Positions 1 to 9,790 of a stretch of 64,000 nt of DNA are shown in pieces; position 1 is the first letter of the stretch, and each line of letters begins with the position of its first letter. The notes under the pieces were generated by a model, which was not told where the DNA came from, made no database searches, and saw nothing but the letters and a program-made list of their open reading frames with translations. Source of the DNA: Comamonadaceae bacterium PBBC1. GTDB taxonomy: Bacteria > Pseudomonadota > Gammaproteobacteria > Burkholderiales > Burkholderiaceae_C. A program made the position numbers and the translations under genes. The stretch spans positions 130,090 through 194,089 of the forward strand of contig NKIP01000001.1 of NCBI GenBank assembly GCA_002256145.1, given 5' to 3'.

Positions 1-475
1 CTTCCACAAATACCCCCAAGTCCGCACGTCCCTCGCGCAGAGCCTGCACCACATGCTCTGAAACCTGTTCCTCCAGATCGATCTGGACCTCAGGATGCAA
101 ATGGGTGAACTCGGCCATCAACGGCGGCAAAAACTGGTTGATGGCCGCTGTCCCTGCAAACAAGCGCACATGTCGTGCAATGCCCTGCCGCAGATCGGTC
201 AACTCGCTCACCAAGCCATCCATCTCTTGGAGCAGAGCCAAGCCCCTGCGCATGAAAACTCTACCCGCCGGGGTGATGTCCAAACCACGCGAGTGCCTCA
301 CAAACAACTGACAACCGGTGGCGGTTTCCAACTCTTTCAAACGTCGACTGGCCGCAGGCAAAACCAGATTGCATTCCCGTGCAGCCGTGGTCAAACTACC
401 GGTTTGGGCGCATAAAACCGCCAGTCGTATCGACACAAAATCAAATCGCGCCAGGTTGTATCCGGGCTTGGACAT
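1..475 (-). CDS. LysR-family transcriptional regulator (5' part; runs off window start)
   Basis: Manual translation from ATG at 475: MSKPGYNLARFDFVSIRLAVLCAQTGSLTTAARECNLVLPAASRRLKELE, a LysR HTH. Not in the ORF track because it is truncated by the window edge. Confidence 0.9.
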   Translation of the reverse strand, partial: MSKPGYNLARFDFVSIRLAVLCAQTGSLTTAARECNLVLPAASRRLKELETATGCQLFVRHSRGLDITPAGRVFMRRGLALLQEMDGLVSELTDLRQGIARHVRLFAGTAAINQFLPPLMAEFTHLHPEVQIDLEEQVSEHVVQALREGRADLGVFVE

Positions 476-545
476 CAGCACATCTCCAGAAGGTCTTGTT
501 CTGGCGTATTGTGCTGAATCCGAAAACGATCCCCTCTGGAGATCG

Positions 546-1535
546 TCAATCCGCGTAAACGCCCGCCGCCTTGATCACAGGCGCCCACTTGGCAACCTCA
601 GCCATGACAAAAGCCTTGTGCCCTGCCGGATCGTTGCGGGCGTCGTTGATGACCGAGGCACCACCAGCGTCTTGCTTGCGGATGAAATCCGGGTCTTTGA
701 CGGCCACCTTCAGAGCGTCATTGAGCTTTTTGAGCACTGGGGCGGGCGTGCCCTTGGGCGCATACAAGCCTTGCCAGATCGTGACGGTGAAATCCTTGAG
801 ACCGGCTTCACGCATGGTGGGCATGTCCTTGAGCACGGGCGAAGACAAACGCGCAGGCGTGGTCACGGCAAATGACTTGACTTTTTTGCCCTCGATCTGC
901 GGGATCGTGGTCGTGGTCTGGTCACACATCAAATCCACCTGACCACCGATCAGGTCGGTCATGGCGGGGGCCGTGCCTTTGTAGGGCACCGAGGTCATGT
1001 CCACCTTGAGGGTGGACTGGAACAACATGCCACACAGGTGCGAGGCTGAACCGGGGCCTGCATTGGCGATGTTGATCTTGCCCTTGTTGGCCTGAATCCA
1101 GGTGACCAACTCACCCATGGTGTTGGCGGGCAAACTGGGGCGACCAATCAGGTTCATCGGGTTTTCGCTGACCAAACCGATGTACTCAAAATCTTTTTCC
1201 ACGTTGTAGGGCAGGTTGCGGAAAAAAGTCGGCAAGGTCGCTTGCGCAATGTGCGTGAACAAGAGCGTGTAGCCGTCGGCAGAGGCCTTGGCCACTTTGT
1301 TCGCCCCAATCGAGCCCGAAGCACCGGCCGAGTTGTCGATCACGATACTGTGCCCGCCCATGGCCTTGCTCATGGCCTGGGCCAGGTCGCGTGCGGCTTT
1401 GTCAGTCGGCCCGCCAGCGGCATAGGGCAACACGAAGGTGATGGTTTTGTTCGATGCGGGGTAGTCTTGTGCCCACGCATTGGCGGACAAGAGCAAGGCA
1501 CAAGCTACGGACACTGGCAAAAATGGGAAGCGCAT
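546..1535 (-). CDS. Tripartite tricarboxylate transporter substrate-binding protein (Bug/TctC family)
   Basis: Signal peptide, then FVLPYAAGGPTD, GASGSIGA and VPYKGTAPAMTDLIGGQVD Bug motifs. Start placed at MRFPF. Confidence 0.92.
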   Translation of the reverse strand: MRFPFLPVSVACALLLSANAWAQDYPASNKTITFVLPYAAGGPTDKAARDLAQAMSKAMGGHSIVIDNSAGASGSIGANKVAKASADGYTLLFTHIAQATLPTFFRNLPYNVEKDFEYIGLVSENPMNLIGRPSLPANTMGELVTWIQANKGKINIANAGPGSASHLCGMLFQSTLKVDMTSVPYKGTAPAMTDLIGGQVDLMCDQTTTTIPQIEGKKVKSFAVTTPARLSSPVLKDMPTMREAGLKDFTVTIWQGLYAPKGTPAPVLKKLNDALKVAVKDPDFIRKQDAGGASVINDARNDPAGHKAFVMAEVAKWAPVIKAAGVYAD

Positions 1536-1616
1536 GGTCAAACCTTTCAAAGAGAGGGAGATCAAGATTCATTGATCAGGAAAAGGACAGACTGCATCCA
1601 GCCCTGCATCATGACG

Positions 1617-2681
1617 TCAAGCCAAGGCTTTGCATACAGCCTGTGTGACATCGACCGTCAGGGCTTTCCCGCCCAGGTCGCCGGTGTGCAAGGCTGGATT
1701 GGCCGTCACGCTTTCGATGACCGCCATCAGGCGCTGGGCGGCGGCAGGCTCGCCAATGTGCTCGAGCAGCATGACCACCGACCAGAAGGTGCCCACCGGG
1801 TTGGCCAAGCCCTTGCCCATGATGTCAAAGGCCGAGCCGTGGATGGGCTCGAACATGCTGGGGTAACGGCGCTCGGGGTCGATGTTGCCCGTGGGCGCAA
1901 TGCCCAAGCTGCCCGCCAAGGCGGCTGCCAGATCGCTCAAGATGTCGGCATGCAAATTGGTGGCGACCAGGGTGTCCAGCGTGGCCGGGCGGTTGACCAT
2001 GCGGGCCGTGGCGGCGTCGACCAGTTCTTTGTCCCACTTCACATCGGGGAATTCTTTGGAGACCTGCACCGCGATCTCGTCCCACATGACCATGGCGTGG
2101 CGCTGGGCGTTGCTCTTGGTCACCACCGTCAGCAGTTTGCGGGGGCGCGACTGCGCCAGCTTGAAGGCGTAACGCAAGATGCGCTCCACGCCTGCGCGGG
2201 TCATGATGGACACATCGGTGGCCGCCTCAATCGGATGGCCCTGGTGCACACGCCCACCCACGCCCGAGTATTCGCCTTCGGAGTTTTCACGCACGATGAC
2301 CCAGTCCAGGTCTTGGGGCGTGCAGCGCTTCAGGGGCGCATCAATGCCCGGCAAGATGCGCGTGGGCCGCACGTTGGCGTACTGGTCAAAGCCTTGGCAA
2401 ATCTTCAGGCGCAGGCCCCACAGCGTGATGTGGTCCGGGATGTCCGGGTCACCGGCCGAGCCAAACAAAATCGCGTCTTTGTCACGCAAGGCGTCCAGGC
2501 CATCGGCGGGCATCATCACGCCGTGCTGGCGGTAGTAGTCACCACCCCAGCCAAAGTTTTCAAACTCGAAAGCAAAGGTGCCACAGGCTTGCGCCAAGGC
2601 CTGCATGACCTGCTGGCCTGCGGGGATGACTTCTTTGCCAATGCCGTCTCCGGGGATGGTGGCGATGCGGTAGGTTTTCAT
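1617..2681 (-). CDS. dmlA: Tartrate / D-malate dehydrogenase (decarboxylating), isocitrate/isopropylmalate dehydrogenase family
   Basis: IATIPGDGIGKEV, NLHADILSDL, SMFEPIHGSAFDI motifs; divergent LysR gene. Confidence 0.88.
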   Translation of the reverse strand: MKTYRIATIPGDGIGKEVIPAGQQVMQALAQACGTFAFEFENFGWGGDYYRQHGVMMPADGLDALRDKDAILFGSAGDPDIPDHITLWGLRLKICQGFDQYANVRPTRILPGIDAPLKRCTPQDLDWVIVRENSEGEYSGVGGRVHQGHPIEAATDVSIMTRAGVERILRYAFKLAQSRPRKLLTVVTKSNAQRHAMVMWDEIAVQVSKEFPDVKWDKELVDAATARMVNRPATLDTLVATNLHADILSDLAAALAGSLGIAPTGNIDPERRYPSMFEPIHGSAFDIMGKGLANPVGTFWSVVMLLEHIGEPAAAQRLMAVIESVTANPALHTGDLGGKALTVDVTQAVCKALA

Positions 2682-2780
2682 GTGAATGCTTTAAGGGTGT
2701 TGAACGGTGCGGACATTCTGGAGCCGGATCGGATCAACAAACACCCTAAAATTCAATCCATTGTTAACCTGAGATCAACA

Positions 2781-3692
2781 ATGGAACCACGCCTGCAAGC
2801 GGCCGATCTGGGCTTTTTTTCTGCACTGGCCATGTCGGGCAGCCTGAGCGCCGCTGCGCGTGAACTGCGCATCACCACGGCCGCCGTGAGCAAGCGCCTG
2901 TCGCACATGGAGTCGCGCCTGGGTGTTCCCCTGGTCAACCGCACCACCCGCCGCATGAGCCTGACGGTGGAAGGCGAAACCATGCTGCGCCACGCCCGCA
3001 GCATCCTGGCAGAGATGGCCGATCTGGAACAGCAGTTGGGCGCCAGCCGCTCCACGCCCAGTGGCCTGCTGCGCATCAACGCCACGCTGGGCTTTGGGCG
3101 CAGCCACATCGGCCCGCTGATCAGCCGCTTTGTGCGGCAATACCCGCAAGTCGATGCACAGCTGCAGCTGTCGGTGGACCCGCCCTCGCTGAGCGACGAC
3201 GCCTTTGATGTGTGCATCCGCTTTGGTCCGCCGCCCGACACCCGCGTCATTGCACGCAAGATCGCCGACAACCAACGCCTGCTGTGTGCCTCGCCCGCCT
3301 ACCTCCAGGCGCATGGCGAGCCCAAAACTCCGGCCGAGCTGGCCCGGCACAACTTCATCAGCATCCGCCAAGGGGGCGAAGCCTATGGCGTGGTCAAACT
3401 CACACGCGGCAAACAAGGCCCGACCGAGACCATCAAAACCCGCGGCAACCTGACCACCAACGACGGCAGCATCGCGGTGCAATGGGCGCTCGATGGTCAC
3501 GGCCTCTTGCTGCGGGCCGAATGGGACGTCCGCCAGCACCTGGCCAGGGGCCAGCTGGTGCAAGTGCTGCCACAGCACCACACGCCCGATGCAGACATTT
3601 ATGCGGTCTACCCCGCGCAGCACAAATCGGCGGCGCGGGTGCGGGCGTTTGTGGACTTTGTGGCCGAAGCGTTCAGGCCCGCCAGGCCTTGA
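2781..3692 (+). CDS. LysR-family regulator (DmlR-like)
   Basis: C-terminal part of track ORF 1242..3692: MEPRLQAADLGFF...GSLSAAARELRITTAAVSKRL HTH plus LysR substrate domain; divergent from the dehydrogenase. Confidence 0.9.
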   Translation: MEPRLQAADLGFFSALAMSGSLSAAARELRITTAAVSKRLSHMESRLGVPLVNRTTRRMSLTVEGETMLRHARSILAEMADLEQQLGASRSTPSGLLRINATLGFGRSHIGPLISRFVRQYPQVDAQLQLSVDPPSLSDDAFDVCIRFGPPPDTRVIARKIADNQRLLCASPAYLQAHGEPKTPAELARHNFISIRQGGEAYGVVKLTRGKQGPTETIKTRGNLTTNDGSIAVQWALDGHGLLLRAEWDVRQHLARGQLVQVLPQHHTPDADIYAVYPAQHKSAARVRAFVDFVAEAFRPARP

Positions 3693-3802
3693 GCAAGGCA
3701 ATGATTTCTATCTAAAAACATGTGATTGTTGTGGGCTCAATCAACGCATGCTTTTTTCTGGTCGCTTTTTTGCAGGTCGCTTCACTCAAGTCGGGTACTG
3801 GT

Positions 3803-4900
3803 TCAATGGGACCACCATGGCAGGCATTGTTTGAGGGATTGAATTCGCCCGGTTTGTTCATTCAGGCGATAGCCTGTTTGTTGGCTCAGCTGTTGCTGCC
3901 ATTGCGGACTTTGCAAGACTTGACGCAAGGCGATCACAGCCGGGTTGTCCAAGGCCGATTTCAGGCACACCAGCCAATAGTTTTCCTGGGTCAGGGGAAC
4001 AAAACCAAGTTTTTGAGCGTGCGCAGCCGATGCAATGCCCAAGCCCAAATCAGCGTGACCCGAGGCGATGCGGGTGGCCACGGCAGAGTGTGAGGGCTCC
4101 TCGTTGTCGTAGCCAGTGGGCAAGCTTGCAGGCTTGTGGGTTTGCAGCCATTGGTCCAAAAGCAGACGGGTGCCGGTGCCCAGTGTCCGGTTGACCAAAC
4201 GCAGGTCTGCCCGCGTCAGGTCGTGCCAGCCCGAGATGTTCTTGGGGTTTCCTGGGGCCACCATCCAGCCTTGCTCACGGGTGGCAAATCCGATCAGTTT
4301 GTGGTGCCCTGTTTTCAGCAAAGGCTTGTATGTGCGGGCCGTCAAGGTGCTGGCATCGGGTTGCAAAGGGGCATGAAACCCTGCGACGGTGCAGCGGCCT
4401 TCGTTCAAAGCGCGGATTGCATCCACGCTGCCACAAAAGCGCATGTCCAAGTGCAGGGATTGCCGGGCACTGTGTTCCCTGAGTTTGACCAGCGCATCGT
4501 CGTGGCTGGCATAGACCGTCAACAAATGGCTGCCAGGGTCAAAAGCCACGGCAAAGGTTTTTTCCAGTTCGGCCTGCAAAGCGCTGATCTGGGGGACCAG
4601 CCTGGCTTGGGCTTGGCGCTCGGCCCACAGCAGCTTGTCGGCAAATTCCGTCAGGCGGGCGGCTTGGCCTTTTTCCCAAAGAATCAATGGCTGGCCGAGC
4701 ACTTGTTCCCAGCGCTTGAGTTCGCCCCAGACATGGCGATAGGACAAATCCAAAACGCGGGCAGCGCCCGCAATGGAGCCGGTTGCCCGCACGGCTTGCA
4801 GCATGTCCATCAAAGGATTGCGCAGGGGGCTGATTTGGTCACGCTGCTGCGCCTGCGCTTGATGCGGGGTCCAGCTGTAAGAGAGGTTGATGTGTTGCAC
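3803..4900 (-). CDS. ModE-type HTH plus periplasmic-binding-protein-like domain regulator (FdsR/YvgK-like)
   Basis: GSIAGAARVLDLSYRHVWGEL HTH; GSVDAIRALNEGRC, RLVNRTLGTGTR and ADLGLGI PBP-like motifs; divergent from coxS. Confidence 0.82.
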   Translation of the reverse strand: MQHINLSYSWTPHQAQAQQRDQISPLRNPLMDMLQAVRATGSIAGAARVLDLSYRHVWGELKRWEQVLGQPLILWEKGQAARLTEFADKLLWAERQAQARLVPQISALQAELEKTFAVAFDPGSHLLTVYASHDDALVKLREHSARQSLHLDMRFCGSVDAIRALNEGRCTVAGFHAPLQPDASTLTARTYKPLLKTGHHKLIGFATREQGWMVAPGNPKNISGWHDLTRADLRLVNRTLGTGTRLLLDQWLQTHKPASLPTGYDNEEPSHSAVATRIASGHADLGLGIASAAHAQKLGFVPLTQENYWLVCLKSALDNPAVIALRQVLQSPQWQQQLSQQTGYRLNEQTGRIQSLKQCLPWWSH

Positions 4901-5218
4901 GGGCAGAAGTGTGCCTCATTGCGAACGGTGACAGTCCATCGCGTGCCCGGGATGTATGCAACGCATTTCATAGCGGATATCCCTGAGCAAAAAATGAGCT
5001 TTCGTCCCTTAGCATGACTGCACAAACAAGAACACCTTGTCAGGCCATTTCCAGACGGTTGTGCTGTGGCTCGCCTCCCTGCGGTCCTGCTTTGCGGGTC
5101 GTGAGCCCATCGGTTGAAGATCGGCCTGAAACTGGATGCACGCCAAGGACTTGGATCCTCGGATCTGGGGTGTTTGTGCGTTGAAATGAAAAGTGAAACC
5201 CTCAAAAAGGAGACAGGA

Positions 5219-5686
5219 ATGCAGGTTCAACTCAAGGTCAACGGCAAGGCCGTTGCGGTGGAGGCAGCGCCCCATACTTTGCTGGTGCAAGCATTGCGCG
5301 AGCATCTCAAACTCACGGGCACACATGTGGGCTGCGACACGGCACAATGTGGTGCCTGTACCGTTCTCATGAATGGCCGGGCCGTCAAGTCCTGCAACAT
5401 GCTGTTGGCGCAAGCTGCTGGCTCCGAGGTCGAAACCATCGAAGGCCTTGCGGCGGCCGATGGCACCATGCACCCCATGCAAGCAGCCTTCAAGGAGTGC
5501 CATGGATTGCAATGCGGTTTTTGCACCCCAGGCATGGTCATGAGTGCACTGGATTTGTGCAAACGTCAACCAAATGCGGGTGAACACCAAATCCGTGAGT
5601 CGCTGGAAGGCAATATTTGCCGCTGCACCGGTTATCAAAACATTGTCAAGTCCGTGCTGCAGGGTGCAGCGGCCATGAAATCTTAA
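5219..5686 (+). CDS. coxS: 2x[2Fe-2S] small subunit of a molybdo-flavoprotein (CoxS-like)
   Basis: GCDTAQCGACTV and QCGFCTPG...NICRCTGY cysteine motifs; AAGGAG RBS upstream. Confidence 0.93.
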   Translation: MQVQLKVNGKAVAVEAAPHTLLVQALREHLKLTGTHVGCDTAQCGACTVLMNGRAVKSCNMLLAQAAGSEVETIEGLAAADGTMHPMQAAFKECHGLQCGFCTPGMVMSALDLCKRQPNAGEHQIRESLEGNICRCTGYQNIVKSVLQGAAAMKS

Positions 5687-5697
5687 GGAGATCGAAC

Positions 5698-8079
5698 ATG
5701 GGTGCTTCCGATTTCGCCAACCTGCCCCACATTGGGGAATCCCTCCGCCGCAAGGAGGACTACCGTTTCCTGACCGGCGCGGGCCAGTACACCGACGACA
5801 TCGTGCTGGCCAATATGGCCCAGTGCTACTTTGTCCGTTCGCCCCACGCACACGCCAAAATCCGCAGCATCGATAAATCGGCGGCTCTGGCAGCGCCGGG
5901 TGTCATCGGTATTTTGGATGGCCAAGACGTGGCCGCTGACAAGATCAATGGTTTGCCTTGCGGCTGGTTGATCACCAGCACCAACGGCGAACCCATGAAA
6001 GAGCCGCCACACCCCATTTTGGCCTTCGAAAAAGTGCGTTATGTGGGCGACCATGTGGCCATGGTTGTGGCAGAAACCTACGAACAAGCCCGCAATGCCG
6101 CCGAATTGGTAGTAGTGGATTACGAACCCTTGGCTGCGGTGGTGGATGTGCGTGATGCGCAAGCCCCGGGTGCGCCAGTGATTCACGACATTGCCTCCAA
6201 CAACCAGTGCTACAAATGGGCCATTGGTGACAAGGCGACCGTCGATGCCACATTTGCCAATGCTGCGCATGTGACCAAGCTTGACTTGGTCAACAACCGT
6301 TTGGCCCCCAACCCCATGGAGCCGCGTGCGGCCATCGGGCACTACAACCGGGCCGGTGACGATTACACCCTGTATGTCTCCAACCAGAACCCGCACGTCG
6401 AGCGATTGCTTTTGACGGCATTTGTGATGGGCCTGCCCGAACACAAAGTTCGTGTGATTGCGCCCGATGTGGGCGGCGGCTTTGGTGCCAAGATTTATCT
6501 GTACGCAGAAGATGTGTGCCTGACTTGGGCCTCCAAAAAGCTCAACCGCCCCATCAAGTGGAACTGCGACCGTTCTGAAGCGTTCCTGTCTGACGCCCAT
6601 GGCCGTGACCACGTCAGCCATGCAGAGTTGGCCATGGACAAGGATGGCAAGTTCTTGGGTTTCCGCGTCCACACCGATGCCAACCTGGGCGCGTACCTGT
6701 CGACGTTCTCAACGGCCGTTCCGACCATCCTTTACGCCACATTGCTGGCCGGTCAGTACAAAACGCCACAGGTCTATGTGGAGGTCGACGCATGGTTCAC
6801 CAACACAGCGCCCGTGGATGCCTACCGAGGCGCAGGTCGACCCGAGGCGACCTACTTGCTGGAGCGCATCGTGTCTCGCGCGGCTTGGGAAATGGGTCTG
6901 TCTCAAGACGAAATTCGCCGTCGCAATTTCATCACCGAGTTCCCCTACCAGACACCGGTTGCCTTGCAGTACGACACCGGTGACTTCCACGCCTGCCTGA
7001 AACAAGCCAATGAATTGGCCGATGTGGCGGGTCTTGAGCAACGCAAAGCGCAATCCAAAGCCAAAGGCTTGTTGCGTGGCTTGGGTTATTCCAGCTACAT
7101 CGAGGCTTGCGGCCTGGCCCCTTCCAACGTGGCGGGTGCTCTGGGTGCGCGTGCAGGCCTGTTTGAGTGCGGTGAAGTGCGTGTGCACCCCACGGGCAGC
7201 GTGACCGTTTTCACCGGTTCGCACAGCCATGGCCAAGGCCACGAAACCACGTTTGCACAGGTGGTGGCCGCTCGCTTGGGCCTCTCGCCCGAGCAAGTGG
7301 ACATCGTGCACGGAGACACGGGTCGGGTGCCCTTTGGCATGGGCACTTATGGTTCGCGCTCCATCTCGGTGGGCGGTGCAGCCATCATGCGGGCGTTGGA
7401 CAAAATTGAGGCCAAAGCCAAGAAAATTGCGGCACACCTGATGGAAGCCAGCGATGCCGATGTGGACTTTGCCGGTGGTGAATTCAAGGTCAAGGGCACG
7501 GACAAAATGGTCACATTTGGCCAAGTGGCCCTGACCGCCTATGTGCCCCACAACTACCCGCTGGACAAGTTGGAGCCCGGTCTCAATGAAACAGCCTTCT
7601 ATGACCCGACCAACTTCACCTTCCCGGCCGGCACCTACATTTGCGAGGTCGAAGTCGATCCGGCCACAGGCCAAGTTCGTGTGGACCGGTTCACTGCGGT
7701 GGATGACTTTGGCACCATCATCAACCCGATGATTGTGGAAGGCCAGGTCCACGGTGGCTTGGTTCAGGGCATCGGTCAAGCGCTGCTGGAGCACTGCGTG
7801 TACGACCGCGAAACCGGGCAACTGGTCACAGGTTCGTTCATGGACTACGCCATGCCCCGCGCCGACGATTTCCCTTCCTTCACGATTGGCCATGTGTGCA
7901 CGCCTTGCACCACCAACCCTTTGGGCACCAAAGGTTGCGGTGAAGCCGGTGCCATCGGCTCGCCGCCTGCAGTGATGAACGCTGTACTCGACGCCTTGGC
8001 CCCCCTGGGCGTGAAAGACCTGGACATGCCCGCCAGCCCGAACCGGGTATGGACCGCCATTCAACAAGCCAAAGCCTGA
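5698..8079 (+). CDS. coxL: Molybdopterin-binding large subunit, form II CoxL-like (xanthine dehydrogenase family)
   Basis: GGGFGAK, active-site loop AYRGAGR (about 6820-6840), KGCGEAG; S-L-M gene order. Confidence 0.9.
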   Translation: MGASDFANLPHIGESLRRKEDYRFLTGAGQYTDDIVLANMAQCYFVRSPHAHAKIRSIDKSAALAAPGVIGILDGQDVAADKINGLPCGWLITSTNGEPMKEPPHPILAFEKVRYVGDHVAMVVAETYEQARNAAELVVVDYEPLAAVVDVRDAQAPGAPVIHDIASNNQCYKWAIGDKATVDATFANAAHVTKLDLVNNRLAPNPMEPRAAIGHYNRAGDDYTLYVSNQNPHVERLLLTAFVMGLPEHKVRVIAPDVGGGFGAKIYLYAEDVCLTWASKKLNRPIKWNCDRSEAFLSDAHGRDHVSHAELAMDKDGKFLGFRVHTDANLGAYLSTFSTAVPTILYATLLAGQYKTPQVYVEVDAWFTNTAPVDAYRGAGRPEATYLLERIVSRAAWEMGLSQDEIRRRNFITEFPYQTPVALQYDTGDFHACLKQANELADVAGLEQRKAQSKAKGLLRGLGYSSYIEACGLAPSNVAGALGARAGLFECGEVRVHPTGSVTVFTGSHSHGQGHETTFAQVVAARLGLSPEQVDIVHGDTGRVPFGMGTYGSRSISVGGAAIMRALDKIEAKAKKIAAHLMEASDADVDFAGGEFKVKGTDKMVTFGQVALTAYVPHNYPLDKLEPGLNETAFYDPTNFTFPAGTYICEVEVDPATGQVRVDRFTAVDDFGTIINPMIVEGQVHGGLVQGIGQALLEHCVYDRETGQLVTGSFMDYAMPRADDFPSFTIGHVCTPCTTNPLGTKGCGEAGAIGSPPAVMNAVLDALAPLGVKDLDMPASPNRVWTAIQQAKA

Positions 8080-8090
8080 GGAACCACAAC

Positions 8091-8882
8091 ATGTACGCAT
8101 TCGCATACGAACGTCCCGCCGCATTGGCAGACGCACTGGCCAAAATCTCTGCCGGAGGTCAAGCTCTGGCAGGGGGCCAAACCCTGATCGCCTCCCTCAA
8201 GCAGCGCCTGGCCCAGCCCGGCAGTTTGGTTGACTTGGCAGGTGTCGGTGAACTGAGCGGGATCAAAAAAGAAGGCAACACATTGGTCATTGGTGCCATG
8301 ACACGCCATGAGTTTGTGGCCGACAGCGCCGAAGTGAAAGCCACGATCCCGGGATTGGCCGCACTGGCAGGCCAAATCGGTGACCGCCAAGTCCGTGCCA
8401 TGGGCACCATGGGCGGATCGGTGGCCAACAACGACCCCGCAGCTTGCTACCCCAGCGCCGTTTTGGCATTGGGCGCCACAGTGCAAACAAACAAGCGAAA
8501 AATCGCGGCTGACGATTTCTTTCAGGGCATGTACACCACGGCGCTGGAAGAAGGTGAATTGATCACCGCGATTCATTTCCCTGTGCCCCAAAAAGCGGCC
8601 TATGCCAAGTTCCGCCAAGCAGCTTCGCGCTTTGCGTTGGTGGGCGTGTTTGTGGCACAAACCGATCAAGGCGTTCGCGTGGCCATCACCGGTGCGGGCA
8701 ATGGCGTGTTTCGCCATGCTGGCTTGGAAGCGGCCTTGTCGAAAAGCTTCACGGCCGAGGCTGTCGAAGGTGTGTCGATTGATGCGAATGAACTCAATGG
8801 CGACTTGCATGCCAGCGCTGCGTTCCGTGCCCAATTGATCAAGGTGCAAACACAGCGGGCGGTGCAACAAGCCAATGCGTGA
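8091..8882 (+). CDS. coxM: FAD-binding medium subunit (CoxM-like)
   Basis: LAGGQTL and GTMGGSVANNDPAAC FAD-binding motifs. Confidence 0.9.
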   Translation: MYAFAYERPAALADALAKISAGGQALAGGQTLIASLKQRLAQPGSLVDLAGVGELSGIKKEGNTLVIGAMTRHEFVADSAEVKATIPGLAALAGQIGDRQVRAMGTMGGSVANNDPAACYPSAVLALGATVQTNKRKIAADDFFQGMYTTALEEGELITAIHFPVPQKAAYAKFRQAASRFALVGVFVAQTDQGVRVAITGAGNGVFRHAGLEAALSKSFTAEAVEGVSIDANELNGDLHASAAFRAQLIKVQTQRAVQQANA

Positions 8883-9786
8883 AACCATTCACGATTTTGT
8901 GAGCATCGATGCATTGACCCACGCCCTGGAGGGTGTGGGTTATCACGCGCCTCGTCGTCTGGCGACATCGGTCTTTTTGGCCATGAAGCTCAAAAGGCCT
9001 TTGTTGCTCGAAGGCGAACCCGGTGTTGGCAAAACAGAATTGGCCAAAGCACTGGCCAAGGTGTTGGGGCGGCCCATGCTGCGCCTGCAGTGTTACGACG
9101 GCATGGAGCAGCGCGAAGCCTTGTACGAGTGGAACCATACAGCGCAGCTGCTGCACATGCGTGCGGCGCAAGCCACCCACACCGTGGCCGAAATCGAGCA
9201 AGAGGTCTATCAAGAGCGCTACCTGATTCGTCGGCCTTTGTTGCAGGCCTTGCAAGCGCCGGCTCCGGGTGCCGTTTTGCTGATCGATGAGGTCGACCGT
9301 GCCGATGAACCGTTTGAAGCCTTCTTGCTGGAATACCTTGGCGAATACCAAGTGAGCATTCCAGAGCTGGGCACGATCAAGGCCCAAGTGGCACCGATCA
9401 CCATCCTCACCAGCAACCGCACGCGCGACCTGAACGATGCCGTGAAACGGCGTTGTCTTTACCAGTGGTTGGATTACCCTGAGCGTGAACGGGAACTGGC
9501 CATTGTGCAAAGTCAAGTGCCTGAAGCCGCACCGATGTTGACCGAAGCCGTCACACAATTTGTGTCTCGGCTGCGTGAGATGCCATTTGCCAATGCATTC
9601 CAGCGCTCCCCGGGCATCGCCGAGAGTGTGGAATGGGCCAAGGCACTGGTGGCACTGGACACGCTGGAGCTTGACCCGGAAGTGATCCAGGACACGGCCG
9701 GTATCTTGTTCAAGCAGCGTGAGGATGTGGCAGCTTTGATCCCCATGATCGACGAGCTTTTGCGACCTGAGCCGCAGTCGGCTTGA
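8875..9786 (+). CDS. coxD: MoxR-family AAA+ ATPase (CoxD-like)
   Basis: Walker A GEPGVGKT, Walker B LLIDEVDR, TSNRTRDL. Confidence 0.9.
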   Translation: MRETIHDFVSIDALTHALEGVGYHAPRRLATSVFLAMKLKRPLLLEGEPGVGKTELAKALAKVLGRPMLRLQCYDGMEQREALYEWNHTAQLLHMRAAQATHTVAEIEQEVYQERYLIRRPLLQALQAPAPGAVLLIDEVDRADEPFEAFLLEYLGEYQVSIPELGTIKAQVAPITILTSNRTRDLNDAVKRRCLYQWLDYPERERELAIVQSQVPEAAPMLTEAVTQFVSRLREMPFANAFQRSPGIAESVEWAKALVALDTLELDPEVIQDTAGILFKQREDVAALIPMIDELLRPEPQSA

Positions 9787-9790
9787 TGCC

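Noticed and set aside
1242-3692. 816-aa track ORF
   Set aside because: Only the part from 2781 is a real LysR; the rest is the antisense shadow of the tctC-like and dehydrogenase genes.
5065-5218. Moco/Tuco riboswitch upstream of coxS
   Set aside because: A GGCTC/GAGCC hairpin and GCCTCCC are present, but I could not assemble the multi-stem consensus; a cmscan is needed.
5698-8079. True aerobic CO dehydrogenase (form I)
   Set aside because: The loop is AYRGAGR rather than AYxCSFR, and the gene order is S-L-M.
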